Assembly: GCA_038146885.1 (NCBI GenBank)
Contig: JAYQSM010000005.1
Location: 247,219 to 311,218 of the forward strand
DNA length: 64,000 bases
Source of the DNA: Rhodospirillaceae bacterium
GTDB lineage: Bacteria > Pseudomonadota > Alphaproteobacteria > MPNO01 > UBA2964
Reading direction: 5' to 3'
Position 1 is the stretch's first letter. Every line of letters starts with the position of its first letter. Positions 9,237 to 19,519 of the stretch are shown one piece after another. A model generated the notes under the pieces. That model ran no database searches. It was not told the DNA's origin and worked only from the letters and a program-made list of their open reading frames with translations. A program made the translations under genes and the position numbers.

Positions 9237-9919
9237 TGACCAAAATATCAGAGCGCGCTTCACCTAATTTCGGCCCCCGACCTACCGGGTGCGAGATAGA
9301 TATGCTCATCATTCATTATACGGGGATGAAGACGACAGCGCTCTCCTTGGAACGGATGTGCGACCCTCTTTCAGAGGTAAGCGCACACTACCTTATTGAT
9401 GAAAATGGCTCGATTTACCAATTGGTGGCAGAAAAAGAGCGCGCGTGGCATGCAGGAGAGAGCTATTGGAAGGGTAGATCAGATACGAATAGCAGTTCAA
9501 TCGGGATTGAATTACAAAATCCAGGGCATGAATGGGGCTATAGACCGTTCCCTTCAGAACAAATGGAAGCCTTGAGGGAATTAGCCCTTGAAATAGTCGG
9601 ACGTCATAAAATACCTGCGGATATGGTCTTAGGCCATTCGGATGTCGCGCCGGCACGCAAGCAGGATCCAGGGCACTTATTCGACTGGCGTTGGCTATCT
9701 GAGTCTGGGATCGGAATCTGGCCAATGACCTCCGAAAAACAGATAAAATGTGACACAGAAACTGTCCGATCGGCTCTTGAAACTATCGGCTATGATCCAA
9801 AAGTTCCTCTGGCTTCTAACCTGGAAGCCTTTCAGCGCCATTACCGACCCAAATGTGTGAGCGGTAAGATAGATACGGAATGTGCGGCGATATTATACGC
9901 TCTCTTGGGCTTATCCTGA
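9236..9919 (+). CDS. N-acetylmuramoyl-L-alanine amidase (AmpD-like, amidase_2) with C-terminal PG-binding-like repeat
   Basis: IDMLIIHYTG...VSAHYLIDENGSIYQLV...RAWHAG.S.W...NSSSIGIEL.N...GHSDVAPARKQDPG matches the amidase_2/AmpD zinc-amidase pattern. GTG start overlaps the upstream TAG by 1 nt. Confidence 0.85.
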   Translation: MTKISERASPNFGPRPTGCEIDMLIIHYTGMKTTALSLERMCDPLSEVSAHYLIDENGSIYQLVAEKERAWHAGESYWKGRSDTNSSSIGIELQNPGHEWGYRPFPSEQMEALRELALEIVGRHKIPADMVLGHSDVAPARKQDPGHLFDWRWLSESGIGIWPMTSEKQIKCDTETVRSALETIGYDPKVPLASNLEAFQRHYRPKCVSGKIDTECAAILYALLGLS

Positions 9920-9971
9920 TACCACACACAATAATTTTCTTGACCAAGGATAACTTCAGAGCCATCAATCG

Positions 9972-10362
<391 letters not shown>

Positions 10363-10531
10363 CGTCTACTATATCGAATGTCTCGTGACATGAATCTCCC
10401 CATTCTCATCGGCTACATTAACTATTGATGATCGAGCTAGCGAAAAAGAATTAAAAAAAGGTTTTTTTGATGGCGTTGCCGCCGGTACTCAAAAAGAAAT
10501 TTGAGGCTAAAAGTACACAGATAGCATTGAC

Positions 10532-10570
10532 ATCCCTAAATATCCCATGATATCCCATATTATTCCATCT
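10532..10570. promoter_or_regulatory. four 10-bp-periodic repeats (putative MraZ operator) upstream of mraZ
   Basis: CATCCCTAAA / TATCCCATGA / TATCCCATAT / TATTCCATCT. On the opposite strand these read TGGGA/AGGGA/TGGAA pentamers with 5-nt spacers. They lie 60-100 nt upstream of the mraZ ATG and directly follow a TTGACA hexamer (10527-10532). Confidence 0.45.
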
Positions 10571-10631
10571 ATTAGATGGTTGGGTGTGGGCTCCGCTACG
10601 GTGGCGGAAACAAAAAGCGGGGATTGTTCGG

Positions 10632-11102
10632 ATGACATCGTTCCTGTCCACATTTGTGAACAAGATCGACAGCAAAGGTCGGGTATCTGTACCCGCACCC
10701 TTCCGTGCTTGCCTAGCCGCTGAGACCTATCAGGGCGTTATTGCCTATAGTTCCTTGACTGATCCAGCAATTGACGCTTTTGGGCGTTCCGTGCTTGAGG
10801 AGTTAAACCGGCGGTCCCTTTCAAGAAATCTGGATGCCGGTGATTTTGAGAGAACACTGCTGGGCAGCGCGGATTCGTTAATGGAGACCGTTATGGCTCT
10901 GGCGTTCGAATTACCTTTCGACGGTCAGGGCAGAGTCATATTGCCACCCGCTTTATTAGAAGCCGCAGGCTTGAATGGGCATGTAACCTTCGTCGGTCGG
11001 GGAAGCAAATTTCAAATATGGAGCCCCTCAACCTTTGAGCAACACCAGAGAGATGCTGTCACTAAGCTAAAACAAAAATTAAACCAGGACCTAAACCAAT
11101 GA
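10632..11102 (+). CDS. mraZ: transcriptional regulator MraZ
   Basis: MTSFLSTFVNKIDSKGRVSVPAPFR... and a second GRVILPPALL SpoVT/AbrB-like repeat. First gene of the dcw cluster. ATG 10632 is preferred over the listed 10584. Confidence 0.9.
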   Translation: MTSFLSTFVNKIDSKGRVSVPAPFRACLAAETYQGVIAYSSLTDPAIDAFGRSVLEELNRRSLSRNLDAGDFERTLLGSADSLMETVMALAFELPFDGQGRVILPPALLEAAGLNGHVTFVGRGSKFQIWSPSTFEQHQRDAVTKLKQKLNQDLNQ

Positions 11103-12064
11103 GCGGCCATGAACCTGTGTTACTCAACGAGGTACTGACTGCGATCGGGCCTAAAGATGGACAGATTTATATCGATGGAACCTTTGGTGGGGGAGGCTAT
11201 TCAGGTGCGCTTCTGAGCCAAGCGAACTGCAATGTCATCGGTATCGACAGAGATCCCACAATTAAAGAGAGAACGAAACACTGGCGTGAACAATTCGGAA
11301 CCCGTTTAATGCTACTCGAGGGCAACTTTGGAGACATGGTCGCGCTTCTCGACAAAGTCGGGATCAAATCGGTTGACGGCATAACACTGGATCTCGGGGT
11401 CTCATCATTCCAATTGGACGATCCCGAAAGAGGTTTTTCATTCCAAAAAGACGGCCCCTTGGACATGCGTATGTCGACGAGTGGTCTAAGTGCCTCCACA
11501 ATTATTAATGAATACGAAGAGCGTGAACTTGCGGACATAATTTATAATTTTGGTGAAGAGAGGTACGCGCGCCGCATCGCCCGGGCCATAATGGTTTCCC
11601 GAAAAAAGCATCCGATCACACGAACTGGTCAACTCGCCGAGATTATCCGTAATTGTTTCCCACGGAGGTTCGGTCATTCAGGACAGCGGATAGACCCAGC
11701 TACCCGTACGTTCCAAGCCATCCGAATACACGTCAATGATGAATTAGGAGAACTTGAGAGGGGCCTTAAAGCGGCAGAACAAATATTAAACGACGGCGGA
11801 AGAATAGCTATAGTCAGTTTCCATTCTCTTGAAGATCGTTTTGTCAAAAGTTTTCTAGGCGAGAGGTCCCTCTCTTCATCCGGGACTTCACGTCACCTGC
11901 CCGAAAAAAATTATCAATCAAAGCCCTCATTCACTTTGATATCACGCCGCCCCGTGCGACCAAGCTCCATAGAAATTGAAAGAAATCCCCGGGCTCGATC
12001 TGCAAGGTTACGTGTTGCTCGGCGAACAAGTGATTTTCCGAGGCCAGGTAATGTCCTCCAATGA
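11099..12064 (+). CDS. rsmH: 16S rRNA (cytosine1402-N4)-methyltransferase
   Basis: HEPVLLNEVL...YIDGTFGGGGYS...DLGVSSFQLD...ERGFSF..DGPLDMRM...ISFHSLEDR...NPRARSA. ATGA overlap with mraZ. Confidence 0.95.
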   Translation: MSGHEPVLLNEVLTAIGPKDGQIYIDGTFGGGGYSGALLSQANCNVIGIDRDPTIKERTKHWREQFGTRLMLLEGNFGDMVALLDKVGIKSVDGITLDLGVSSFQLDDPERGFSFQKDGPLDMRMSTSGLSASTIINEYEERELADIIYNFGEERYARRIARAIMVSRKKHPITRTGQLAEIIRNCFPRRFGHSGQRIDPATRTFQAIRIHVNDELGELERGLKAAEQILNDGGRIAIVSFHSLEDRFVKSFLGERSLSSSGTSRHLPEKNYQSKPSFTLISRRPVRPSSIEIERNPRARSARLRVARRTSDFPRPGNVLQ

Positions 12065-12429
12065 TTAGATGGTCGAAGATACTCTGGGCCCTTATTTTTA
12101 TCCTGGCTGGAATTGGCCTGTTCAGCCTGAAGCATAACGTGACAGACATGGAAGGTCGTCTGGCAAATCTGCAGAATAAAACCCGCGTCCACCTCGAGAC
12201 AATTCATGTATTAAAAGCAGAATGGGCTTATTTGAATCAGCCACGACGTTTAGATGAACTCGGCCAGCAAAAGCTTTTTCTTGTTCCTGTAAAAGTGGAG
12301 CAGGCAACCGCGCTGAACAAAATCCCCTTCCGAACGAAAACCAGCCAAATACCAGTGAATGGTCACCTTACCCCCCCGGCGGCCGATCGTGCTCCCCCCC
12401 CAAGAATCACGTTCACACGTGTTCCATGA
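12061..12429 (+). CDS. ftsL: cell division protein FtsL-like (single-pass membrane protein)
   Basis: 122 aa with one TM segment (ILWALIFILAGIGLFSL) followed by a coiled-coil-like stretch. It sits at the conserved position between rsmH and ftsI, with ATGA overlaps on both sides. Confidence 0.65.
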   Translation: MIRWSKILWALIFILAGIGLFSLKHNVTDMEGRLANLQNKTRVHLETIHVLKAEWAYLNQPRRLDELGQQKLFLVPVKVEQATALNKIPFRTKTSQIPVNGHLTPPAADRAPPPRITFTRVP

Positions 12430-14141
12430 TCGGCCGCCAACCCTTTTCACCATTTAAAGCCAGACAAAGGGCTCTGGTTTCAAAAGAAGTAGAAGTCGCT
12501 CATACCAGGCTTTTAATTGTCGCCAGTTTGGCGCTGTCCTGCTTCATACTTGTTGCGGCACGGCTAATCGACGTCACAGTTTTAGCGGCCACCAACCCGA
12601 AAGACACAAAGCATTTCATAGGTAAAGCGGACTATAATTTAGGGCGCGGTAACATATACGATCGAAATGGATGGTTGCTCGCCACAAGTCTCGATAGCTT
12701 CTCATTATACGCCAACCCCAAGATTATTTCCGATACCGAGAATACCATATCGCGATTAATTAAAATTTTACCTGAGCTCGACGCTAAAGAGTTACGGGAA
12801 AGGTTTGACCAGAAACAGGGGTTTTTTTGGATAAAGCGTCAGTTAACGCCTCAACAAAAATACGCTATTAACCGACTTGGCATCCCGGGCCTTGATTTCA
12901 AAACAGAAAAAAAGCGTCTTTACCCAGCGGGTTCCCTCACCAGTCATGTTGTTGGGTTTACCGATATCGACAACAGGGGCCTCGCCGGTATTGAAAGAAA
13001 ATTCGACGCCCAATTATCTTCACCTGCAGCACCTCCCAAACACCTAAGTATAGACATCAGAGTTCAGCATGTAATGCAAACGGTCCTCGCCAAAGCGGTA
13101 CATAAATTCAATGCGATTGGCGGTGCTGGCTTGGTTATGAATGCCATGACCGGCGAAGTTATATCCATGGTATCGCTTCCAGAGTTTAATCCCAACGATG
13201 TTTCGGCCGAAGATGGCAAAGCACGGTTTAATAAAGCCACTCTCGGTGTCTATGAGATGGGATCCACCTTCAAAATTTTTACGGCGGCGATGGCACTAGA
13301 TAGCGGCAAGATCAGCATGCGCAGTGGGTATGATGCGACACATCCAATTCGCATGGGCCGCTTCCTTATTCGCGACTATCACGCAAAAAAACGCTGGTTA
13401 AGTGTTCCGGAAATTTTTATCTATTCCTCCAATATCGGTTCCGTCAAAATGGCAATGGATGTTGGAGGCAATACTCAGCGTGCCTTCCTAAAAAAATTGG
13501 GGCTCCTCAATAAATCGCCCCTCGAGCTCGAGGAAATCAGCGCTCCGATTGTTCCACAACGCTGGCGAGATGTTAACACGATGACAATCGCTTTTGGCCA
13601 TGGGATGGCAGTTAGCCCCATCCAAATTACATCAGCTGTAGCCGCCATGGTAAATGGAGGAACCTTCCACGCGCCGACCTTGATACGCAAGACCGGCGCC
13701 CCCTCTGGTCGCCGCGTTATATCGACCAAAACATCGGATGAAATTCGGCGCCTGCTCAGATTGGTGGTCAGCCAAGGCACAGGCAGTAAAGCGGAGGCCC
13801 ATGGTTACCTTGTAGGCGGTAAAACCGGAACTGCAGAAAAAGTGGTAGGCAATCGTTACAAACAAAAAGCGCTGATGTCTTCTTTTGTGGCAGCCTTTCC
13901 CATGAATTCACCGCGATACGTTGTTTTCGTCATGGTAGACGAACCCATTGGCAACAAGGAAAGCCAGGGGTATGCGACCGGCGGGTGGGTCGCTGCGCCC
14001 GTAGTATCTGAGGTGATAAAGCGCATAGGTCCTTTATTGGGAGTTCAACCGGTAAATTACTCAGATCCCAGCGTAAGAAATGACCTGGCAATTAATGTGC
14101 TCACAATTAAGTCGGGGAAGAAAAGCCTTGCATCTTTCTGA
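12426..14141 (+). CDS. ftsI: peptidoglycan D,D-transpeptidase FtsI (PBP3)
   Basis: 571 aa with an N-terminal TM segment and the transpeptidase motifs STFK (GSTFKIFTAAMAL), SSN (YSSNIG) and KTGT (GKTGTAEK). Confidence 0.95.
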   Translation: MIGRQPFSPFKARQRALVSKEVEVAHTRLLIVASLALSCFILVAARLIDVTVLAATNPKDTKHFIGKADYNLGRGNIYDRNGWLLATSLDSFSLYANPKIISDTENTISRLIKILPELDAKELRERFDQKQGFFWIKRQLTPQQKYAINRLGIPGLDFKTEKKRLYPAGSLTSHVVGFTDIDNRGLAGIERKFDAQLSSPAAPPKHLSIDIRVQHVMQTVLAKAVHKFNAIGGAGLVMNAMTGEVISMVSLPEFNPNDVSAEDGKARFNKATLGVYEMGSTFKIFTAAMALDSGKISMRSGYDATHPIRMGRFLIRDYHAKKRWLSVPEIFIYSSNIGSVKMAMDVGGNTQRAFLKKLGLLNKSPLELEEISAPIVPQRWRDVNTMTIAFGHGMAVSPIQITSAVAAMVNGGTFHAPTLIRKTGAPSGRRVISTKTSDEIRRLLRLVVSQGTGSKAEAHGYLVGGKTGTAEKVVGNRYKQKALMSSFVAAFPMNSPRYVVFVMVDEPIGNKESQGYATGGWVAAPVVSEVIKRIGPLLGVQPVNYSDPSVRNDLAINVLTIKSGKKSLASF

Positions 14142-14142
14142 A

Positions 14143-15600
14143 ATGTGCACTCCAGAAACGGGCGATATTCTAGGGTGCTCCAACCCTGTCATTACTGGTG
14201 TTTCAGCCGATTCTCGTTCAGTCCGACCAGGTTATTTATTCGTAGCGATTAAAGGAGATAAAAATGACGGAAACGGCTTTATCTCCGATGCGGCAATCAG
14301 GGGTGCGTCGGCCATCCTCGCTCGAGAAGGCACTGAATTGCCATCCGATGCATCTCATCTACCGTTAGTTCTCGCCAGAGATCCGCGTCACTCTCTCGCC
14401 TTGTGTGCAGCAAAATATTTCAAGGGCCAACCAGAAAATTTAGCTGCTGTGACTGGCACTAACGGTAAAACCTCGGTTGCCTGGTTTACGGAGAGCATCT
14501 GGTCAAACCTCGGACATCGCGCCGCTTCCCTCGGAACCCTGGGTGTCCAAGTTGATAAAAAAAAGATTCAGAACAATGGAAATCTGACCACCGCCGATCC
14601 CGTATGTCTTCATGAAAGTCTTAATACCCTCTATAAACAAGGCTTAACGCACGCAGTTATTGAGGCCTCAAGCCATGGCCTTGAGCAAAGAAGGCTGGAC
14701 GGTCTTGAGCTTAAGGCAGGAGCCTTCACAAATCTCTCGCATGAGCACCTCGATTATCACATCAGCATGGCAAATTACGCCCTCGCCAAAAGACGGCTCT
14801 TTGACTCCTTAGTACCTCGGGGCGGCACAGCGGTCATAAATGCTGATACAAAAATATTCTCAGAATGGGCAAAAATTTGCCAATCCCGGCGTCTAAAGAT
14901 CATTTCCTATGGTCGCGAAAGCAATGAACTCAAACTAATTCAGACCCGCCCCAATCTAGAGGGACAAGCTCTAAAGTTGGAGGTTTTTGGGAAACCATGC
15001 GAGGTCTCAATCCCTATTTTTGGAAGTTTTCAGGCCGAAAATATCCTTTGCGCTATAGGTTTGGTAATTGCCTTAGGTGATGATCCCGAGAGAATTCTGG
15101 CGGTTCTCCCTAACCTCTCCGCGCCGCCTGGACGCATGCAACTCACTTCTACCACCCCTGCAGGGGCAAAAATATTTATAGACTACGCTCATACCCCAGA
15201 CGCCCTTAATAACGCTTTGCGCTCTCTCCGCCCCTACGCGCCGGGAAAATTGGGATTGGTTTTTGGGTGTGGAGGTGACAGAGATCCAGAAAAAAGGACC
15301 CAAATGGGGCAGATTGCCAAGAAGAACTGTGACTTTGTCATTGTCACTGATGACAACCCGAGGAACGAAAGTGCTGGTGGGATTCGGGCCCAAATAATGT
15401 TGGGCTGTCCTGGCGCAAGAAACATTGGCGACCGATCAACCGCGATTAAAGAAGGAATTGATTTACTCTCCCAAGGAGATGTCTTACTCGTCGCCGGCAA
15501 AGGCCATGAAACCAATCAGCTGGTTGGCGAAAACTCAACCCCGTTTGATGACCGGGAAGTCATCCAAACGATTATTAATCAGATTGGCAGGCCAGAATGA
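14143..15600 (+). CDS. murE: UDP-N-acetylmuramoyl-L-alanyl-D-glutamate--2,6-diaminopimelate ligase
   Basis: ITGVSADSRSVRPGYLFVAIKG, P-loop VTGTNGKTS, and DYAHTPDAL...GCGGDRD..KR with the DNPR motif (TDDNPRNE) typical of mDAP-adding MurE. ATG 14143 lies just after the ftsI stop. Confidence 0.93.
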   Translation: MCTPETGDILGCSNPVITGVSADSRSVRPGYLFVAIKGDKNDGNGFISDAAIRGASAILAREGTELPSDASHLPLVLARDPRHSLALCAAKYFKGQPENLAAVTGTNGKTSVAWFTESIWSNLGHRAASLGTLGVQVDKKKIQNNGNLTTADPVCLHESLNTLYKQGLTHAVIEASSHGLEQRRLDGLELKAGAFTNLSHEHLDYHISMANYALAKRRLFDSLVPRGGTAVINADTKIFSEWAKICQSRRLKIISYGRESNELKLIQTRPNLEGQALKLEVFGKPCEVSIPIFGSFQAENILCAIGLVIALGDDPERILAVLPNLSAPPGRMQLTSTTPAGAKIFIDYAHTPDALNNALRSLRPYAPGKLGLVFGCGGDRDPEKRTQMGQIAKKNCDFVIVTDDNPRNESAGGIRAQIMLGCPGARNIGDRSTAIKEGIDLLSQGDVLLVAGKGHETNQLVGENSTPFDDREVIQTIINQIGRPE

Positions 15601-17045
15601 CCGGTGGGCCCGATCTATGGACCGCGGAGGAAATGGCCCGGGTGACCTCCGGACAAGCAAATGGCACTTGGACCGCCAGCGGCCTGAGTATCGATACACG
15701 GACTTTGAAACGCGGAGACGTATTTGTTGCGCTACGAGGACCCAATTTCGATGGACACAATTTTTTGGATCATGCTTTTGAGAACGGCGCTGCCGCGGTC
15801 GTCATCGACAGTAAAGCGAAATCATTCCCAATCCCGCCCCGCTCCATTTTAGTAAAAGACACCCTAAGGGCATTGAATGACCTTGGCACGGAAGGGCGTC
15901 GGAGATCATCGGCGAAAATTATTGCTATTACAGGTAGTGCAGGGAAGACCAGTACCAAAGACGCCCTGTCTCGATCCCTTTCACGCCAAGGCAAAACCAC
16001 AAGCAGCCTAGCCAGCCTAAACAACTATTTGGGCGTGCCGCTCTCCCTTGCCCGAATGAAAATTGATGATCAATACGGTATATTTGAGATCGGCATGAAC
16101 CATACGGGAGAAATTTCAGAGCTAAGCAAGATGGTTTCGCCTGAGTTGGCCATCATAACGAATGTGGAACCCGCCCATATTGGAAACTTCCCGAGCATCG
16201 AGGCAATCGCAAGTGCAAAGGCTGAAATTTGCGACGGTTTAGACAAATACGGGACCGTCATTCTCAATGCCGATAATCACTACACCTATCTCTTAACAGA
16301 GGCCGCCCAGAAGAGAGGGATAAAAAATATAATAACCTTTGGCGCCTCTGCCTCCGCTGACGCAAAATTATTGTCGATGTCCAGTGACTCCCAAGGAAGT
16401 TCGGTCGAGGCAGACATTCTCGGAAGGCATGTTTGCTACAGGCTTAACCTTCCTGGACGGCATCACGTCATGAATAGTTTAGCTTCTCTCGCCGCAATTA
16501 CAGCAGTTGATGCAGATTTATCGATGGCCGTGGAGGCCTTCGGGGAGATTTCAGCTCTTCCAGGAAGAGGAAAACAGCACTTGTTGGCTCTGAAGAATGG
16601 TCAGATAACGCTGATTGACGAGAGTTACAATGCAAACCCCGCCTCAATGCGGGCCGCCTTAGAAATATTAGGAACTGCAAAGTTAAACTCGAATGGCAGA
16701 CGAATTGCTGTTTTAGGCGAAATGCTTGAGCTGGGCGCTAATTCCCAGATTTTTCATTTGAATTTATTACCCATCTTACTGGATTCCAAAGTTGATGTTG
16801 TCCACTTAGCAGGTGGCGAAATGCTTGCACTGTTTGATGTACTGCCCGAAAGCATGAGAGGAATAGCGAGCAAAAATATCGCCAAGATAACGAACACGCT
16901 GATTTCTGAACTTCGTCACAATGATATTGTTTTGGTGAAGGGTTCTTATGCTAGCGGTGCTCACAAGATTGTTACTGACATAAAGAAAAGATTTCCAGAG
17001 GTCCTGAGCGACGCAAATTCCAAGGATTCTGCATATGCTCTATAA
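15597..17045 (+). CDS. murF: UDP-N-acetylmuramoyl-tripeptide--D-alanyl-D-alanine ligase
   Basis: [61 protein letters not shown] overlap with murE. Confidence 0.95.
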   Translation: MTGGPDLWTAEEMARVTSGQANGTWTASGLSIDTRTLKRGDVFVALRGPNFDGHNFLDHAFENGAAAVVIDSKAKSFPIPPRSILVKDTLRALNDLGTEGRRRSSAKIIAITGSAGKTSTKDALSRSLSRQGKTTSSLASLNNYLGVPLSLARMKIDDQYGIFEIGMNHTGEISELSKMVSPELAIITNVEPAHIGNFPSIEAIASAKAEICDGLDKYGTVILNADNHYTYLLTEAAQKRGIKNIITFGASASADAKLLSMSSDSQGSSVEADILGRHVCYRLNLPGRHHVMNSLASLAAITAVDADLSMAVEAFGEISALPGRGKQHLLALKNGQITLIDESYNANPASMRAALEILGTAKLNSNGRRIAVLGEMLELGANSQIFHLNLLPILLDSKVDVVHLAGGEMLALFDVLPESMRGIASKNIAKITNTLISELRHNDIVLVKGSYASGAHKIVTDIKKRFPEVLSDANSKDSAYAL

Positions 17046-18123
17046 CCTGCTTTCACCCCTAGCCAATGAACTGAGTTTTTTAAATCTTTTCCGCTACCTG
17101 ACATTTAGAACCGGAGGCGCCGTAATTACAGCTTTATTGATCAGCTTTATCTTTGGAGGATTTCTGATCCGCTGGCTTAAAGCAAGACAAGGTGATGGCC
17201 AGCCGATAAGGGCTGATGGACCTGAGGGCCATCCGCTGACGAAAAAGGGCACCCCCACGATGGGGGGATTACTAATATTAATTTCGGTTACGGCCACCAC
17301 TTTACTATGGGCAGACCTGACTAATCGTTATGTATGGGGAGTTTTGCTTGTTACCCTTGGTTTCGGGGCCATCGGTTTTGTGGATGATTATATCAAATTG
17401 AAGCGTCAATCATCAAACGGGTTACCGGGAAAAATTAAACTCCTTGGCGAAGTGCTCATAGCAGGAATTATCTGTTGGTGGATTACGAAGATTGCTGATC
17501 CGTCTTCAGCCACAGGCCTTACGATACCGATTCTGAAGGCTGTTATTATTGATCTTGGCTGGTTTTTTATTCCTTTCGCTATTTGTGTCATTGTCGGATC
17601 CGGGAACGCAGTAAACCTAACTGATGGCTTGGATGGACTGGCCATTGTTCCGGCCATGATAGTCGCGGGCTGTCTTGCTCTTATATCTTACCTCGTGGGC
17701 AACGCGATTTTTGCCTCATACCTTCAGCTGCTCCCAGTACCAGGTGCAGGCGAACTGGCTGTATTTTGTGGGGCCCTGGTCGGGGCTAGTCTGGGTTTCC
17801 TATGGTTCAACGCCCCTCCCGCCATGGTTTTTATGGGCGATACCGGTTCGCTGTCTGTCGGTGGCGCTCTAGGAACTGTGGCGGTGATGATTAAACACGA
17901 AATTGTACTCGCCATCATAGGCGGCCTTTTTGTCTTAGAGACTATTTCTGTCATCATTCAGGTAACCTCTTACAGATTAACCGGGCGGCGGGTGTTCCGA
18001 ATGGCTCCCCTTCATCATCATTTTGAACAAAAAGGATGGAAAGAGCCGACAATAGTAATCAGATTTTGGATAATTGCGGTAATTCTCGCCCTCGTTGGCT
18101 TATCTACTCTTAAACTTCGATGA
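17035..18123 (+). CDS. mraY: phospho-N-acetylmuramoyl-pentapeptide transferase
   Basis: 362 aa polytopic protein. [46 protein letters not shown]. Confidence 0.96.
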   Translation: MLYNLLSPLANELSFLNLFRYLTFRTGGAVITALLISFIFGGFLIRWLKARQGDGQPIRADGPEGHPLTKKGTPTMGGLLILISVTATTLLWADLTNRYVWGVLLVTLGFGAIGFVDDYIKLKRQSSNGLPGKIKLLGEVLIAGIICWWITKIADPSSATGLTIPILKAVIIDLGWFFIPFAICVIVGSGNAVNLTDGLDGLAIVPAMIVAGCLALISYLVGNAIFASYLQLLPVPGAGELAVFCGALVGASLGFLWFNAPPAMVFMGDTGSLSVGGALGTVAVMIKHEIVLAIIGGLFVLETISVIIQVTSYRLTGRRVFRMAPLHHHFEQKGWKEPTIVIRFWIIAVILALVGLSTLKLR

Positions 18124-18130
18124 GTTAATT

Positions 18131-19519
18131 GTGATAGAGGTAAATAGCAGAAACGACCAAACAATTGCCATTTTAGGTCTTGGACTCTCTGGAATGGCCA
18201 GTGCCAAGGCTTTGAGGGCTTCCGGAGCCGGTGTGGTGGTCTGGGATGACAACCCCGAGTTAGTCGCGAGAGCAAAAAAGGATGGTTTTGTTGCGTCCAA
18301 ACCCACGGAGGCCGAGCTAGAAAAAGCCGATGCGCTATTAGTTTCACCTGGGATTAGTTTTTCGGTTATGCCTCACCCAGCTGTAACTGCCGCCCGAGCA
18401 ATTGGAAAACCAATAATTGGGGATATTGAATTACTGGCTGAAAACATCGGCGATACCCGGTTGATAGCCGTTACAGGCACCAATGGAAAATCAACGACAA
18501 CTTCGCTAATCCATCACATATTAAATGCCAGCAATATTTGCTGCCAAATTGGAGGCAACATTGGCAACCCCGTGCTTAATTTAGCTCCTCCCGCTCCAAA
18601 CCAAACTCTGGTTCTTGAACTTTCATCCTTTCAATTAGATTTAATCGATAAAACGGCTTTTGATATCAGCGTCCTGATCAATATCAGTCCTGATCACCTT
18701 GATCGCCATGGTTCAATGGATGACTACATCTCAGCAAAAAAAAGAATCTTTCTTAATAATCGACGTTCAGCCGCGGGGATAGCTATCGTAGGCATCGACG
18801 ATGCAGAAAGCGGAGAAATTTTTAAGGAACTGTCTCAAAGAAGGAATTGGAAACGCATTCCTATCTCAATAAAAAAGCGTCCCTCAAATGGAGTTTTTGT
18901 CCACAACCATATACTTACAGATGGTCAGTCCCGAGAAAACCAGGAAATTTGTGACCTGACACAGTCGGGAAATCTCCTGGGAACCCACAATCATCAGAAT
19001 GTCGCTTGTGCCTATGCGGCCTGTATTCCCTGTGGTGTAACAAAAATACAATTTCTGGATGGCCTAAATTCTTTTCCCGGCCTCCCCCATCGACTAGAGA
19101 AAATCGGTCATTTCAAGAACTTTGAAATCATTAACGATAGCAAAGCGACCAATGTTGCAGCGGCGATTACCGCACTTTCCACTTTCAACAACATTCTCTG
19201 GATTGCCGGTGGGAGAAATAAGGGGGAAGTATATCGGCCATTTCTAGATCATATTTCCAAAGTTAGACATGCGTTCTTGATTGGCGAGGCCGCAACGGAT
19301 ATTGCAACCGCTTTAGAGGGAGCCGTTCCCACAACGATTTCCAAGACCCTGGAGAACGCGACTTCGCAGGCCATTAGTGCGGCGCGGGAAACGAATAACG
19401 TGACTACCATTCTGTTCTCACCGGGCTGCGCGTCTTTTGACCAATTCTCAAATTTCTCACACCGCGGCGAGGTGTTTAAAGAGATTGTTGAGAATCTCGC
19501 AAGGAAGACAGAAGAATGA
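18131..19519 (+). CDS. murD: UDP-N-acetylmuramoylalanine--D-glutamate ligase
   Basis: IAILGLGLSGMA Rossmann-like N-terminus, VTGTNGKSTT P-loop, SPDHLDRHGSM, NDSKATN, SPGCASFDQF. GTG 18131 lies just after the mraY stop; the listed 18095 start overlaps mraY. Confidence 0.93.
   Translation: MIEVNSRNDQTIAILGLGLSGMASAKALRASGAGVVVWDDNPELVARAKKDGFVASKPTEAELEKADALLVSPGISFSVMPHPAVTAARAIGKPIIGDIELLAENIGDTRLIAVTGTNGKSTTTSLIHHILNASNICCQIGGNIGNPVLNLAPPAPNQTLVLELSSFQLDLIDKTAFDISVLINISPDHLDRHGSMDDYISAKKRIFLNNRRSAAGIAIVGIDDAESGEIFKELSQRRNWKRIPISIKKRPSNGVFVHNHILTDGQSRENQEICDLTQSGNLLGTHNHQNVACAYAACIPCGVTKIQFLDGLNSFPGLPHRLEKIGHFKNFEIINDSKATNVAAAITALSTFNNILWIAGGRNKGEVYRPFLDHISKVRHAFLIGEAATDIATALEGAVPTTISKTLENATSQAISAARETNNVTTILFSPGCASFDQFSNFSHRGEVFKEIVENLARKTEE

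Noticed and set aside
10468-10486. A7-GG-T7 inverted repeat (AAAAAAAGGTTTTTTT) between rnpB and mraZ as a terminator.
   Set aside because: A pure A/T stem has negligible stability and there is no GC-rich hairpin. It lies about 100 nt beyond the rnpB 3' end, so it is more likely just AT-rich promoter-region sequence.
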